Shown piece after piece: positions 1 to 12,771 of a stretch of DNA of 64,000 nt. A program made the translations under genes and the position numbers. The stretch lies in the NCBI RefSeq assembly GCF_003704095.1, contig NW_020846421.1, positions 186,001 to 250,000 on the forward strand, written 5' to 3'. This DNA is from Pocillopora damicornis (lineage: Eukaryota). Below the pieces are notes generated by a model that was given only the letters and a program-made list of their open reading frames with translations, searched no databases and was not told the DNA's origin. Numbering within the stretch: the first letter of the stretch is position 1; every line of letters begins with the position of its first letter.

Positions 1-1509
1 GCTGCAACGTGGTAAATATCCTGTGAACTTTCTTACATATCGGATTAGCTTAACTTAAGTAACGAGTTTGAAAGGACGCTTGTTTCTGGGTTATCATCCT
101 GATTCACTGTTGTTGAAATTACCTCAATCTATCTCGCAGAGAAACCTTATTCAGAGGCCGAACCACTTCGCCAAAAGAATATGACTCAACTGGGACAGCA
201 TGTGAGAACCAAAAGGTACCAAGTAGTCTGTACAAGGCGAAGAAAAGTTCACGGGGACTTTAAACTGAGATATCCTGAGAAAGTAGTGAAGAGAAAGAGG
301 ACGTCCAAACGAAGCAAAGACACTAAAGACGGTACGACTTGCGAGAAGATTGATCGAACCTTGAGGTTCTCTTATCAACAGAAAATCACACAAAAGGTGA
401 GTCACTTAGAAAATTGTTCATTGTTACAAAACGAAGATAAATTTTCATCAACAGATATGACTAATAAATCCTTGTAAGCTCAACAGATTTGCACAACCTC
501 TTAGCAATGAGAATATGATGAAACAGTCCCACAATTTCTTTTCAGTACAGCCATCAGAATACCATTTGAACAAACAACAATAAAGTTTTGAAATAACGAG
601 AGCACTATATAGTTGTAAGAACGAGCTTTAACAGAGACTTTAATCGTGACGAAAATGGTGGAAAAGTTTCAAATATTTTGACTGGCATTTTGACAAGTGT
701 GGCAACCTTTTTGGCTCAGGAAAATGCGGAGAAATAGGTTATAAACCTTAGATAAACATGGAGTTTTTTCCGGAGGCCACTGTTACCATAAGCGATTAAT
801 AAGAGAAGTTGAAGAGTCAAAATTAAGTAATTTGAGAAGCGTCCTTCCTCTACTGGGGAACAACTACTTTCTAATAAACATATGAAAGTTTCTGTGACCT
901 AAACATTTCATTCAACCCTGCTTCTCCTCCAATAGAGGCGGAAAAAACGAACTTTTTCACTGATTCAACTGTATTATATTGTTCACGAAGGATTATTTGC
1001 TTTGTAAATGTATTGACCAATCAAATCATGTGATGTAGTCTAACAAATGTTGTGATTGGTTGAAAATGACATCTTTCATAAGACTTGTAAAGCATGCTGC
1101 GTGGCGTTACCTTCGACTCGTTCTGGAAACACATATAATTTGTTAACAACTTAAAACGAATAGGTGGCCCTCTATAACCTGTCCTAAGTACCAGAGGAAT
1201 AAACACAAGCACTCGACCTACTAAAGAATTGTCTACCAGAAGTTCTGCGTATACTCTCTGAACCGCAGCAACCAACTCCTGAGGGAGTTTGTCACTTTAG
1301 TAAGCAATAGATTGTTGCAAATCAATTCAGAATCTTCGTGTGCAGCAATTATATATTTCCATAGTGAACTTGTGCAGTAATCAAGCAAAAAATTGCATGT
1401 GAGGCTTTCTAAATTACAGTGGCTTCTTTCAAGGGAAAGCAAAATCCCTCCCGATTCTGATAGATCAGTTATCGCTTCTCTTCAGCTCATTACTTACAGC
1501 CTCCAAAAA

Positions 1510-3870
1510 GAAAAAAGAGATAAGAATTTGTCTACAAAAAGTATAGCAATTATACGTGTTCACAAAACAAACAGGCAAGTCAAGTATGTTTACAGAAAGT
1601 ACAGCAAAGAAACTGTTTCAAAATAGCCAGGAACCAAACTGTTTCATAAAAGGAGTGTAACAAATTTGATTACATAGGTACATTGTAAAGCAATCAAATC
1701 AATCAATCTTTCTAAAAATGTACAGCAGCCCAATTTGGTCACAAAATGTTTAGTAGCCAAACGCCTTTACATAAAGTATGACAAACAACCTAGTTTGACA
1801 AGAACAACAACCACAGTTGACAAAAAAACGTGAAGCAACCAGACTTGTTCAACGAAGGTAAAGCAACCTAAATTGTTTACAGAATGTGCAGAAACTAAGC
1901 TTGTTCAAATAAAGCACACTAACTAAACTTATTTTCAAAAAAATGCAACGACCAAACATGTTAACATAAATCATAGCAAACAAATCTATTCACTGCCCTG
2001 AAAAGTGCAACAAACCTGTTCAAAATAGCAACCAAACTTGTTTAAAATAGTAGTGCTCAAACTTTTCTACTGATAAGGCAATCAACAAAATCCTCTAAAA
2101 AAAATACAGCAGCCAAAGTCATCCACCAAAATAATGGCAGAAAAAGAATATAAATTTGCTCATAGAGAGCACAGATACAAGCACTCTTCCGCGTGTAAAA
2201 AGAACAATATCCAACTTAAAACGCGTTTGCAAAAAGTATATGCCTGTAAGAGAACGGCAATTACACTAGTAAGCGAAAATTGCAGTTTTCAAGCATATTT
2301 ATAAAATGAATAGCAATCAGAATTGCTTCTTAGAGAGAAAGCAATCAAACTCATCTGCCAAAAAGGGTAGCAACCAAATGTGCTTACTAGCAAGACAGCA
2401 TGACATTGTTTACAAAAAACATAGTAAGCAGCGTTACTTATAAAAATCACAGCAGAAAAACCTCTTCTTTTGAGACAACAAACCAACTTGTCTCCAAAAG
2501 AAATAAAGCAACTAAACTTGTGTTCACAAAGTACTTGCAGTATCCAAAGCACCCTTCATAGGACACTCCATCCAACCCATCAACATAAATTACAGGGACT
2601 AAAGATTTTATGAATTCGACCACAAAAAGAGGAGTAACCATAAGCCCAAACAAAAATACAAAAGACAAACTGCTTTCCAAAAATGCAAGAACAAAACTTC
2701 TTCACGAAATAGAGCACAACTACACTAGTTACAAAATCTACAGCAAGTGACTTTACGTACCAAAATACAACAACCAAACCCTTAAGCGACAGCAACCGCT
2801 CTTGAACCCTTCACTGGTGGAACAACTTGTCCTTGAGTTACGACGAGTCATCGAAAATAATCTTTAAAGTAAAATTTTGTTGTCGTAAATGGGAATGAAG
2901 TACTTGTTGTAAGAAAGATCGAGATAGATATCGGCTGTTTACAAACTGGAATTGTTTGTGTGTGTCGCCATGTTGAATCATATGAAGCGTTACGGAACAA
3001 AAGAGCTATTGTATGATGATGATGGTGGAAACCTTATAAAGTCATACGAGCCAACAGTTGGCGCCCCCAAGAAATTCGAGCACTAATTTTGCTTTTCTTT
3101 GACTAAACTTTTCATACATTTCGGTTCTTATTTCCAAATTTTGTCACGCATCTTCATAGTACAAGACGTTTTTATCATTTTAACGACAAATTGTTCTACC
3201 TTTGCGATGGACGAGCATCCCATCCAGGGGGGAGTAGTGATACTACTAGTCGCTTCATGGTAAAGAAACCGGGATAAGCTTCGGCTGAGTGGGCCACTTG
3301 GCCCGAGTAAAGCTACTTTCCTTTTATTCTACCATTGGAGGTTTCCTTTAACAAAATGAAGAGCAATTAACTCGTCTTCATAAAAAAGTGCCACCAGACA
3401 TACTTCTACAAATTACACCAAAAAGCTTTGCTCACAAAAAGTACAGCTACTGAATAAATCTGCGGAAAGTACGGATGAAAACAGTGAACCAACATTTTTC
3501 AACAAGAGTTTTACAACTAAACTATCAAACCCTCAGAAAAAGAGAGGACAGGAGCCATAAGTTAAGAAGGAACCAAAGCTTTTTACAGTACGTAGAGTTA
3601 TACTGTGAAGCTGTCTATAAAATGTACAGAGACCAAAATTTTGCACCAAATCTACGGCAACCAACGTAGCCAACAGCAATGTAAGGTCCCACCAAAAGTA
3701 TAACAACCAAACATGTTGATATACAGTGAGTATATCAACAAAAGTTTCCAAAACTTTAACTACCAAACTAGCTCAAAATTATAACGTATAGCCTCAGTTT
3801 GAAGTTGTCTACAAATGCATGGCAACCAAAGCTTGTTTTAGAATGTAGAAACCAAAAAGTGCATATAAAG
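1510..3870 (+). repeat. Degenerate A-rich minisatellite, about 29-bp unit (approx. GCAACCAAACTTGTTYACAAAAAGTACA), interrupted at about 2790-3340
   Basis: Recurrent (a)gcaacc/aaac(t)tgtt motifs at roughly 29-30 nt spacing, strong A skew on the + strand, units heavily diverged. Confidence 0.65.
3204..3325 (+). mobile_element. 3' fragment of a tRNA-derived SINE
   Basis: GATGGAC.AGCATCCCATCCAGGGGG.AGTAGT...GCTTCATG...GAAACC...ATAAGCT, homologous to the 3' half of the element at 54508-54803. Confidence 0.7.
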
Positions 3871-5243
3871 AGTTTGGGTCTGAGTCTTGAAGCGTCATAT
3901 CACCCCGGATCAAATGGAACCCCAAGTTATACAATGTTATAGAAAGACCATTTTATTTTTTATCTTAGAAGTGAAATAGTGTGATTATACTTTTTACGAT
4001 GCTTTCAAGAGGTAAAAATAATCCGTAAATTCGAAAAGCAGGGGACGTTTGCGCTATTTAACTTAACCAACTTTGTTTACAAAGACAGAAAACAACAGCA
4101 AAACGTTAATACTGTAAGCGATATTACGAGATACTCCGAGACGAAAGAGACCATCATAATCTATGAGGTGACGATGGTAAATCCAGAACTCGTTGAAATT
4201 GAAGTGAAATAATGTTCTCTCTGCAAATATCGTCTGAACAACAGCAAGCGTTTTTTCTGAGCTTATTTGATTTGGTTGCCGGTTGTTTGTCTGACTGAAT
4301 GGCCGGTTAATTGATCGAGTGGCTTACTGACTAACTGATAGACTGACCCAATGGCTGACTGGCCAACTGTTCGCCTGACTGTAGTTGGTCTGCAGATAGA
4401 TGTTCATTAAAGCTGCTGTTGGCTCCTTGGAGTGAGAATTTAATTACGGCAGTGACTGATATATACACAATATACAATACAATTTGTTCGCCATTCAAAG
4501 AGTGACATTATCACAAATATCATAATATAATTATAAATTTAAGGTGGAGTACATTACCAGATAAACAAGTTGACAATACCTTTTAAATAACGATATTATA
4601 ATGGATGCAAGACAGCCTTCAGAAACCAGGGGCTTATATTTATCGTTGAATGCGTAATGCAATTCACTTAGCGATCTTTCAAATATTTATTGCAGGTTCC
4701 CCGCCAAAGGTTTGTTTACAAGCTGAGTAGACACTCAAGCAACATTGAACCAGAAATGAGCGCTTCTCGCCGATCTAAATCATCACCATTTGACAGCCAC
4801 GCTGGATTCTCTTCCGTAAATTCGTTAAGCTCCACTATTTCGCCTGTGGGGAAGTCGTCGCACCAGTCAGTCATGCCTCTGTCTCACTGTCCTCACTGCC
4901 TATGTCCAAGGTTTCTATCTGCAACTAAATCGAGTGGAGGTAACGGAAGGATAATGGTTAGTGGGCGCCCATCACAGAAGGAAGCGGATTTACCTCTTCT
5001 TCCAGCTTCGGCGCGTTCAATCCCCGTATCCGTCATTCAGAGGATCAGTTTTTTATGAAAGACTCAATTCTTACAATAACCAACGTATGACTAATGTTCT
5101 TTAGCCGAAACTTTAACCCTCTTGATGAAATTTTGCAGTAAACAATCGTAATGACTAAAAAATTTTTTTAAAATAATAAATAATAAATTTAATTTCTTCA
5201 CGTATCTCGTTACTTTCTCATCGACATCCTGAGCAATATTACT

Positions 5244-5433
5244 TTAATCCTTAAACTCCAGCGTCATATTGCAAATTCTTCATACTGTTACCTATAAATT
5301 TCCTGAGAATTTGTCCGACAATCAAGGGCTTCTTGAGTTTACAATCATTTCCTTTATTCTCACTCCGCATTGCTTGATTCAGGTTTGATGTTGTTGGGAG
5401 AAGTTGGATGCTTATCGTTCTTAGGGGTTACAA
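5244..5433 (-). mobile_element. Degenerate TTAA-MITE, related subfamily
   Basis: TTAATCCTTAAACTCC start; internal ATCATTTCCTTTATTCTC shared with 57774-57991. Confidence 0.5.
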
Positions 5434-5929
5434 GCTTTCGTTAACCTTATATGAAGAGGGCCACCTCCGCTGATCATGAACGTAGATGTTCCTAGATTTT
5501 TGGAGCAAACTATTTTCACCCTATCAAGTTACTAGTTAGATGAGCAATGTATTTATTTTTTAAACACCCCCGCCCGTGTTTTTCCTGGTACAATAAGCCA
5601 TGAAAGTGGGTGCACTAAGTAAGAAGTCTTTCGAATTAGTGTTCCTCAGTTTAGTGTCGTATACGTCACACGGTGTGTCTCAAGTTCATTTTCAGTCATT
5701 AAAAATATTAATTGCTTCTCTTAATGTTGTTGATTCACATTTTGATCTTAATGTGATTTTTGAATCATGCATTTGCGCCCTTGAGGAAAGATCTCGAGAA
5801 AAGCTACGCTTTTTCACCTTTTTATCAAATGGTTATTTCAATGACTACCATAATTTTAATGATTACCAGAAGAAACGTTGGAGACACACGTCACGGTGGA
5901 GCCAGAGTCACGCTGTCTCGTACCACTGT

Positions 5930-6238
5930 CTAGTTGAGCCGGCTTCTTAGCTCACCGACCTTAAAACTTTTGTTGGATCAGTTAGCACTCTCATCAGGAT
6001 CCGTATAATCACGAAAGTGTCGGCCGAATATTTCGATTGAGGTGAGTTGATAAATACAAATTTAAAAGTAAGGAATGAGGTTTTTTACGTAATAAGTTTG
6101 AATGAAGCTAGTTGAGCCGGCTAGGTAACTCACCGGTCTCAAAATTTTTGTGGGATCATTTAGGACTCTTATTAGGATCTGTATAGTCACGAAAGTGTCG
6201 GCCAAATACTTCGATTGAGGTGAGTTGATAAATACAAA
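5930..6238 (+). repeat. Two diverged direct copies of a 131-bp unit (5930-6060, 6108-6238)
   Basis: Both start CTAGTTGAGCCGGCT and end TTCGATTGAGGTGAGTTGATAAATACAAA; offset 178 bp. Confidence 0.9.
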
Positions 6239-6249
6239 AGTGAAAATAC

Positions 6250-6425
6250 GGGGACGTAGGGATGTAGAAAACGTTCGAGTTCGGCAGGAGGATTCAAACG
6301 CCAAATTTTCCGATTTCCGCGTTCTGATACTCAACCTTTTTATACATACAAACTTGTTTGATTAGTGTCCTGCATACGGCTAGGCAAGGATCGGGGTTGT
6401 CGAAAGCGTGGTTCTCGATGAAAAA
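6250..6425 (-). mobile_element. Degenerate tRNA-related interspersed repeat
   Basis: B-box-like GTTTGAATCC on the minus strand (ggattcaaac, about 6290), followed by TCCGCGTTCTGAT...GTCCTGCATACGGCTAGG; resembles from memory a common coral repeat. Confidence 0.35.
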
Positions 6426-6492
6426 GTTATGTAAATTAGTTCTACCGTCTACCCATCTCTGTTGAGTCTCTGAGAGGTTTTTCTCTATCCAT

Positions 6493-6657
6493 GATTGGCC
6501 GAGTGTAAATTATATGAACTAAGAGACTTTAGTTTAGCTGTCAGTAAAATATTTTCAAGAGAATCATACCTATAAAATTGGAGGAAACACGTTTCTAAAC
6601 AGGAGAGGTTACAGTGGAACCTTTTTGTTATTCTAAAACAAAGCCGCAGTCCCTAAG
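6493..6657 (+). promoter_or_regulatory. Probable core promoter and non-coding first exon of the EEP gene
   Basis: Reverse CCAAT (GATTGG 6493-6498), TATAAAA 6571-6577, donor AAG|GTAATC after 6657, matching acceptor ctctag| before 7660 (16 nt upstream of the ATG). In-frame TAA at 6596 with no ATG after it, so the exon is untranslated. Confidence 0.5.
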
Positions 6658-7323
6658 GTAATCTTTTGTTTCCGCAATCGTTTTATTTGTCCGTAAATTG
6701 AATGCTCGATGAACGACAGTTCCTGAGAAAACTTCCGTCAAGACGTCAAAATCTTAGCATAACAATTCTAAAGTGGTCGCTCCTGTATTTCTGAATGATT
6801 CAGGTCAAATATTGATATTATTACCATAAAACTAATTTGTTAAGTCTGCTCAAAATTCGAAAGTTAACAAGACCAGCTTGTGTTTACATATATACATACA
6901 TGTACACCCGGTTTAAGAAACATTGCAGATTGGAAAAACATATCTTAAATTTACATTCTATTTCTTTTCATGAAATAGTTGATGGACCATGCATGTATAT
7001 TCCACATCTAAGGAGTAATACCTTATCTGTTATTGTTTAAGCTCACTGTGAATATCAATGTTCTTTTACACTACTGAATTTTACATCGTAGATAAAACGA
7101 CAAAAGAACAAATTAGAATGAAAAAAGCTGCAGCTTTTCTCTTTTACCCATCAATTCCTGCTCTTCTCAATGTTTGCTGCATTATAATAGCTCTGATATT
7201 CGCTGCTGTATCATACAGCTATACTTATCCCTATGATTTATTCTGTCAGCACCTTTTTAATTGAAAAAGGAAAGGAATATTTATTTTATCTATATTTTCA
7301 AATTGAAAAACTTTTAAAAACAG

Positions 7324-7326
<3 letters not shown>

Positions 7327-7369
<43 letters not shown>

Positions 7370-7382
7370 TTGTATATATATA
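7327..7382. repeat. (TA)n microsatellite
   Basis: Visible TA run, imperfect after 7360. Confidence 0.95.
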
Positions 7383-7675
7383 CATTCAGATGTATAGGTT
7401 TCAAAGGAATATATTTCAAATACACCTTGCCTAGACTTAAACTCAGAGACTATTGGATAATTTTTTGCAGTTCTTTGGGCGAACAATTTCTGATTTCTAA
7501 ATGTAAGTCCAACTGAGGTACAGAACCTAAATGTTACGTTTATTGTGGCACCAGAGAGATGGGCAACTATTAGACAGCTAATCATATAACCAATATATCA
7601 ATGGAACCTTACTCATAGGTTACATAATCCAAATATTTTTCTATTTCTCAATACTCTAGGAAAAACATTATCGTA

Positions 7676-10600
7676 ATGAATCAACAAAAAGAAGTTCCTT
7701 TCACCAGAAGAGCTCTGAAGAGAGTTAGTGAAGCTAACTCAAAGGAATATGAATTTTCTATTGTCACCTACAACATCCTTGCTGATTATTGGATACAACA
7801 GAGTTCAGGGAAAGAAGACTCTTACAACTATTGCCCAAAGGAATACATGATCAGAACAAATGGAAGAGCCTCACATCGTCATGTACTGCTTATGGCTGAG
7901 GTACAAAAAGCAGTTTCAATTTTTAATATTTCTTGACCCACAGAGAGCTAGTTATCTTGGGCAGACTACTATTAATTCCTTATGAAGTAAATACTTAGTA
8001 AAACCTCGCAGAATACCAACAAAATAATACTACAAATGTTAGAACATAATTTTTTATGCTGTAGTAGAAAGTTACTCATGTTACCTCATGATTTTAAGTG
8101 TGAAAATTTTGAGCACTTTGTTATAGCTCTTGATGTCTTTCAAAGGTGTGTGCATGTATAGAATGTGTCTTCATGTACATGTATTTCAAAGATTGTGATA
8201 GCAGGGTGACTTGGGTTGCTAGTCTTAATTAGAAAGGAATGAAAAGGGACTGCATGATACAGGATCCTGGTTTTTTCAAATATTTGAAGGTTTTCTGATG
8301 AAACCCACCTTACAACCATAAAACACAGTTTACACAACTTCTTTTAAATTTATGTGCAGTTATTTTGTTTCTTTACAACTTTGTTTATCTAACACCCCAT
8401 CTTTGGTACCATATTTCTATGTTAGTTTCACTTTGTTTACAAATTATATAAATTTCCATCTATTGAGGTACTTATTGGTTTTGTGTGTTTCTGTGTGCTG
8501 CTCCTCATTGTGATGCATGCATTTAATGTTTTTCATATTTTACATTTAACACTTTAACTCCTATGTGTGACCAAAATAGAATTTCTCCTTACAATATTAT
8601 CACAATATCAAGCAGACAAGTGATGAGAATAAAGAAAAATATCAGTTAGGGGATTGTAAATTGATCTAATACCAAATTCTCCAAACTAACATCACAAAAA
8701 CTGTATGGCAGACAGTAAGGAGAATTACTAATGAGATCTTGGGGGTTTAAGGGTCAATATTTTGTTTATTGGATAAGGCATATATTGCACTAAATGCCTG
8801 TTTTGAAAAACAAATTCTAATCATTTATGTACTAGTGAGTCAACATTTTCACCAGTCCTACCTGGTCCTGCGTGTGTCTAAACAATTTTTTCTTTATTAT
8901 TTAGTTAAGATGGCTTGACAGTGATATCATCTGCTTGCAAGAGGTTGATACATCTTACTTCAATGAGATTCTGAAAGAGGAATTATCTGAGCTGGGTTAT
9001 GAAGGTCTTTTTGCAAAGAAGTGTATGGGGATCCCAGAAGGGGAGGCATTGTTTTTTAAGAAGAACAAGTTTTACCTCCAAGAAACAAAGACAGTTTATT
9101 TGAATGACATGGCAGAGTGCACCTTTCAGCATACTGAGATACCTCTGTTTTGGGAGGTTGCATTACTTGCTACATTGAGGCACAAACTTAGTGATTCTCT
9201 TCTAGTATTGTGTAAGTTATTTATTTGAATTCACGAAAATATGATATCAGCATAAATCATATGAGAATAATTACATTTAAATATATAATAATAACAAGAA
9301 TAGCCTTTTAATGGTGACTGATATTTTAACTGATACAGATAGGAGTTGTTGCATGTATGCATTTCTCGGTAATTGTGAAGAACAGCTCCCCTCAGGACAG
9401 ATTGCTGACAGCTGGCCAACAGATTACCAACATTCGGCCAACAGATTACCAACAGTCAGCGGATAGATAACCAACAGTCAGCCGACTGTCAGTGAGGGGA
9501 GCTGTTCTTCACAATTACCCATTTCTCTTTTCAGTTCCATTCAATCTAAAGTCATAGAACTTTTTGAGAGCATTGGAAAAACTGGACTGTGGGAATAGAA
9601 TTTCATTTGTTTAAAAGTTGTTGGTTGAATACATTTTTTAACCTTCATCTCTAATGTTTCTTTCCTGTCAGGGCGTATTGCTTTTAAAAATTGTAATAAA
9701 ATTATCATGTTGATAACTTGAAACTGTTAGATGTGCAGTAACATAAATACAAGGTGCTAAGAATGAGTAAATGATCATGAACATAGATTGAATAATCATT
9801 ATGGTAAAGGTTTCTTTAACCTCATAAGTTTCACTTAACAATTTTGCACAATTAAACTATAAATATAGAATCGAGGTATTCAATAGTAAATTTACATCTT
9901 CTAGATAAAGCACTGTACATATATGTGGCTTTTCACTTGTAGCATAAAAAATTTCCTACCTTTTGATCTTAAAGAGGGAGTAATAATGATGAAAATTATG
10001 ATAAAAATGATGACTGTCACAATTAGGTAATTAGATCTTTGGGGAACAGCCTCTCTATGGTGGATCAGTCTTTTCCGGCAAAATGTTAAGAAACATGTGT
10101 ATGTACATTAATTTTATTTGGTTGTAAACTCTAGTTGAATGGAAATGTTATACTATTTTGTTATACTGAAATCTGTGCCAGGTGTACATCTACATGTAAT
10201 ATACAAGTTGTACCAAGTACTGACAACATCCTTTCCTTTTGCCTTCCCCAGTGATAGCCTAATTAATCCCCTCTTTTGCTTTAACCTTGAAGGTGTAACA
10301 CATATACGATGGGGAGATTTGAAAGAAACTGTTTCCCAAGTTTGTCAAATAGCAATGGTCACCAAAGCCCTTTATGATATGGTTTCATCACTGCAGGAGT
10401 CTGACGGTAATAGAGTGGCGCACATTCTTTGTGGAGACTTCAATATTGAGCCTCAATTTCCTGCCTACAAGCTTCTGGCAGAGGGAAAACTGACAGATAA
10501 AGAGATCAACACTCTGAAGGGTTATGATTACATAAGATGGGGTCGCAACACATACATGGAGAAAACATTGCAGGTATGGGGTAGTACATGAATCTAAATT

Positions 10601-11552
10601 GCACAAACCATGAAAATGTCTCACTGAATTCACTAATTACTGCATAAAGTAGAGGAATTGTAAATTCAGTTGGTAGATATCAGATTTTGTTTGTAAATGT
10701 CTTACTTGGGCTCTCAATTCAAAGAAACTCTGTCTTAGGCACCAAACCTAACAAGCAGAAAAAACATAAGCAGCCACATTAGTGACCTATGGTGATTTTG
10801 GGCATTAAATGACCTCCCTAGAAATTCGTCTCATTAGCAGCCTTTAAGAGAAAAATTGAGTCTTCAAAAAGTGTAAAGTTGTGTTATTCATTCTATTGCA
10901 AGAAACCTTTAATACCACGATAAGTATTATGATACTATCACACATGTGTTTTACAATACAGCTGTTACCGGATCAAGTGTCACTTTTACACAAGACTGAG
11001 GCACAACTCAAAAATCCACTTGTCAACTTGCAAAGTGCCTACAAGAGCATAATGGTAAGTCTGTAAAAGTAATGGATAAATAATAGTTATTAAATGAATG
11101 TCAACAATTACTTTACACAACTCAGTTGATTTTTGGTTATTGAAATAAAACTTACTTGTGAAATACCCTGCCACATATCCCAGAGGATCTTCTTGTACAT
11201 CAGGTTTGCTCACTCCTTAACAAGTTAGCATGTAAACATTCAACTATGACATAAACCATCAACTTCATTATTGGGACACATTTATTTTACAACATTACTT
11301 ACTTAAATAAATGACAAACTCTAGGGTGCAGAACCTCAGTGTACTAACCATGAAGGACCTGAATGTGTGTGGACTCTGGACTTTATATGGTTTGACTCTA
11401 GGACTCTAGAGGTCACTGCGGCTTTAGAGACAGTTCCACCTTCTGATATTGAGCCATATACTGGCCTGCCTAATAAGTATTTTCCCTCAGATCATTTGTC
11501 ACTTAAAGCATACTTCAAGTTTGCCTCTATGAAAAACAAGAATGAGTTTTAA
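7676..11552 (+). CDS. EEP-superfamily (CCR4/nocturnin/Angel/PDE12-like) deadenylase/phosphodiesterase, about 377 aa, 5 coding exons
   Basis: Exons 7676-7900, 8905-9211, 10293-10573, 10962-11054, 11325-11552(TAA). All introns GT-AG with consistent phases (0,1,0,0). Family motifs in order: TYNILAD, DIICLQEV, VTHI, ILCGDFN, EPxCTN, TLDFIW, LPNKYFPSDH. Closest by eye to PDE12/Angel; subfamily unresolved. Confidence 0.9.
8546..8757 (+). mobile_element. ~212-bp TTAA-flanked MITE (piggyBac-type termini), EEP intron
   Basis: Homologous end to end with 44217-44428. Confidence 0.8.
9368..9519. mobile_element. 152-bp MITE with 27-bp perfect TIRs and 8-bp TSD (Merlin-like termini)
   Basis: TIR GGTAATTGTGAAGAACAGCTCCCCTCA 9368-9394 and its reverse complement 9493-9519. 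TSD CATTTCTC at 9360-9367 and 9520-9527. Internal ~23-bp CCAACAGATTA repeats. Confidence 0.88.
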
Positions 11553-12737
11553 CATAGATCTTGCATGAAGTAGAATATTGTGTCGAAATATAGAGGGATT
11601 GTGCATCTGAATTTTCTCACATTTTATAATGAAGAGGCAGATATTTTAAATTTTAACAGGATCAGGCTAATTTTGTGTTAGCTTTGGTTTTACTTGATAT
11701 ACACTGTGTTGAAAATCAGTTTGTTTCTTGCACGATTGTCGTTAAGTGAGAAAATATTAAGCACAATTTGATTAGATCTTAACTGATGATACTTTTAGAT
11801 ATTATAATTCAACAATAATTACTAAATGAACCTGATGTAAATAAGATGATAAAAGTCAACTCAAGAGGATTGCAGCCAAATTGAATGTATCTATTTTTTA
11901 GCTAGTGCTTTTGATTCGCTGTCCATGTTTCCCAACATCCCTTCTTTGTCTATTCCATATATTCAGTGTTTCCTAAGCATTCTCAGCATTTGCATAAATT
12001 TGGTTTTATTGGACTTTTTACTTTCAATCCGCGTCGGGAAATGACGTATTCATCGTGAACTAAGGCCAACCTCACTAAATCTATCCACGGAATAGACTTG
12101 ACCTGAATTTGGTAGCTGGCACTTAATTTCTCTATTACTGGCGAGTGTTAGGGAGCGGCACCACTTCTCATTACAACCCAAAGAAAATTCAGGTTTTCTC
12201 GCAAGATAGCAAGCATACGCAGTTGGTCGGTTTTCATTGTCTGGGATATTCATGCTTTCGATGACGTCATGTAGAATTGCACGTGGATTCGGCTTTGTTC
12301 TAGTTTCTCAAAATTTTGTCACGAGACAAGTACAAGCACAAAACGCCTTAAGCAGATAAAGAGTAAAATTAGTCAGGATTTACGATTTGGTTGAACATTT
12401 TAGAGTGTCAAAAGTTTACTTAATCAATAGTTAATTATTTACCTAGTTTAAAAATCAGTACTACTGAAATACTAATTAAGAAAAAAAGAAAGTTCTTGAT
12501 TCATAATAACAATAACGAAAAAATTAGCATAGACCTTGTCAAAAAAATAAGTAAACAATTTCTTGCGAAACACTGATAAGGTGTTAGACTCCCTAATGTT
12601 AGGAGTTAGTAAGTTCATTCCATGAGCAACAAACCCGAATGAAAAATGAATTCTTAAAGATTATGTTGGAATAAAAGGGACATTACGTGTAAGGTAAGCA
12701 ACCGCATTTCTTAAAGGCTTGTTGCAAAATCGAAAAT

Positions 12738-12739
<2 letters not shown>

Positions 12740-12768
<29 letters not shown>
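12740..12768. repeat. (TA)n microsatellite
   Basis: Visible TA run. Confidence 0.95.

Positions 12769-12771
<3 letters not shown>

Noticed and set aside
181-477. 98-aa Lys/Arg-rich ORF (also ORFs 4690-5058 and 5600-5950)
   Set aside because: No family motifs; composition follows local base skew. A terminal exon of a gene outside the window cannot be fully excluded.
1510-3870. Repeat array superficially like a CRISPR array or repetitive coding sequence
   Set aside because: Units are degenerate with no constant repeat/unique spacer pattern, no cas genes, eukaryotic context, and frequent stop codons.
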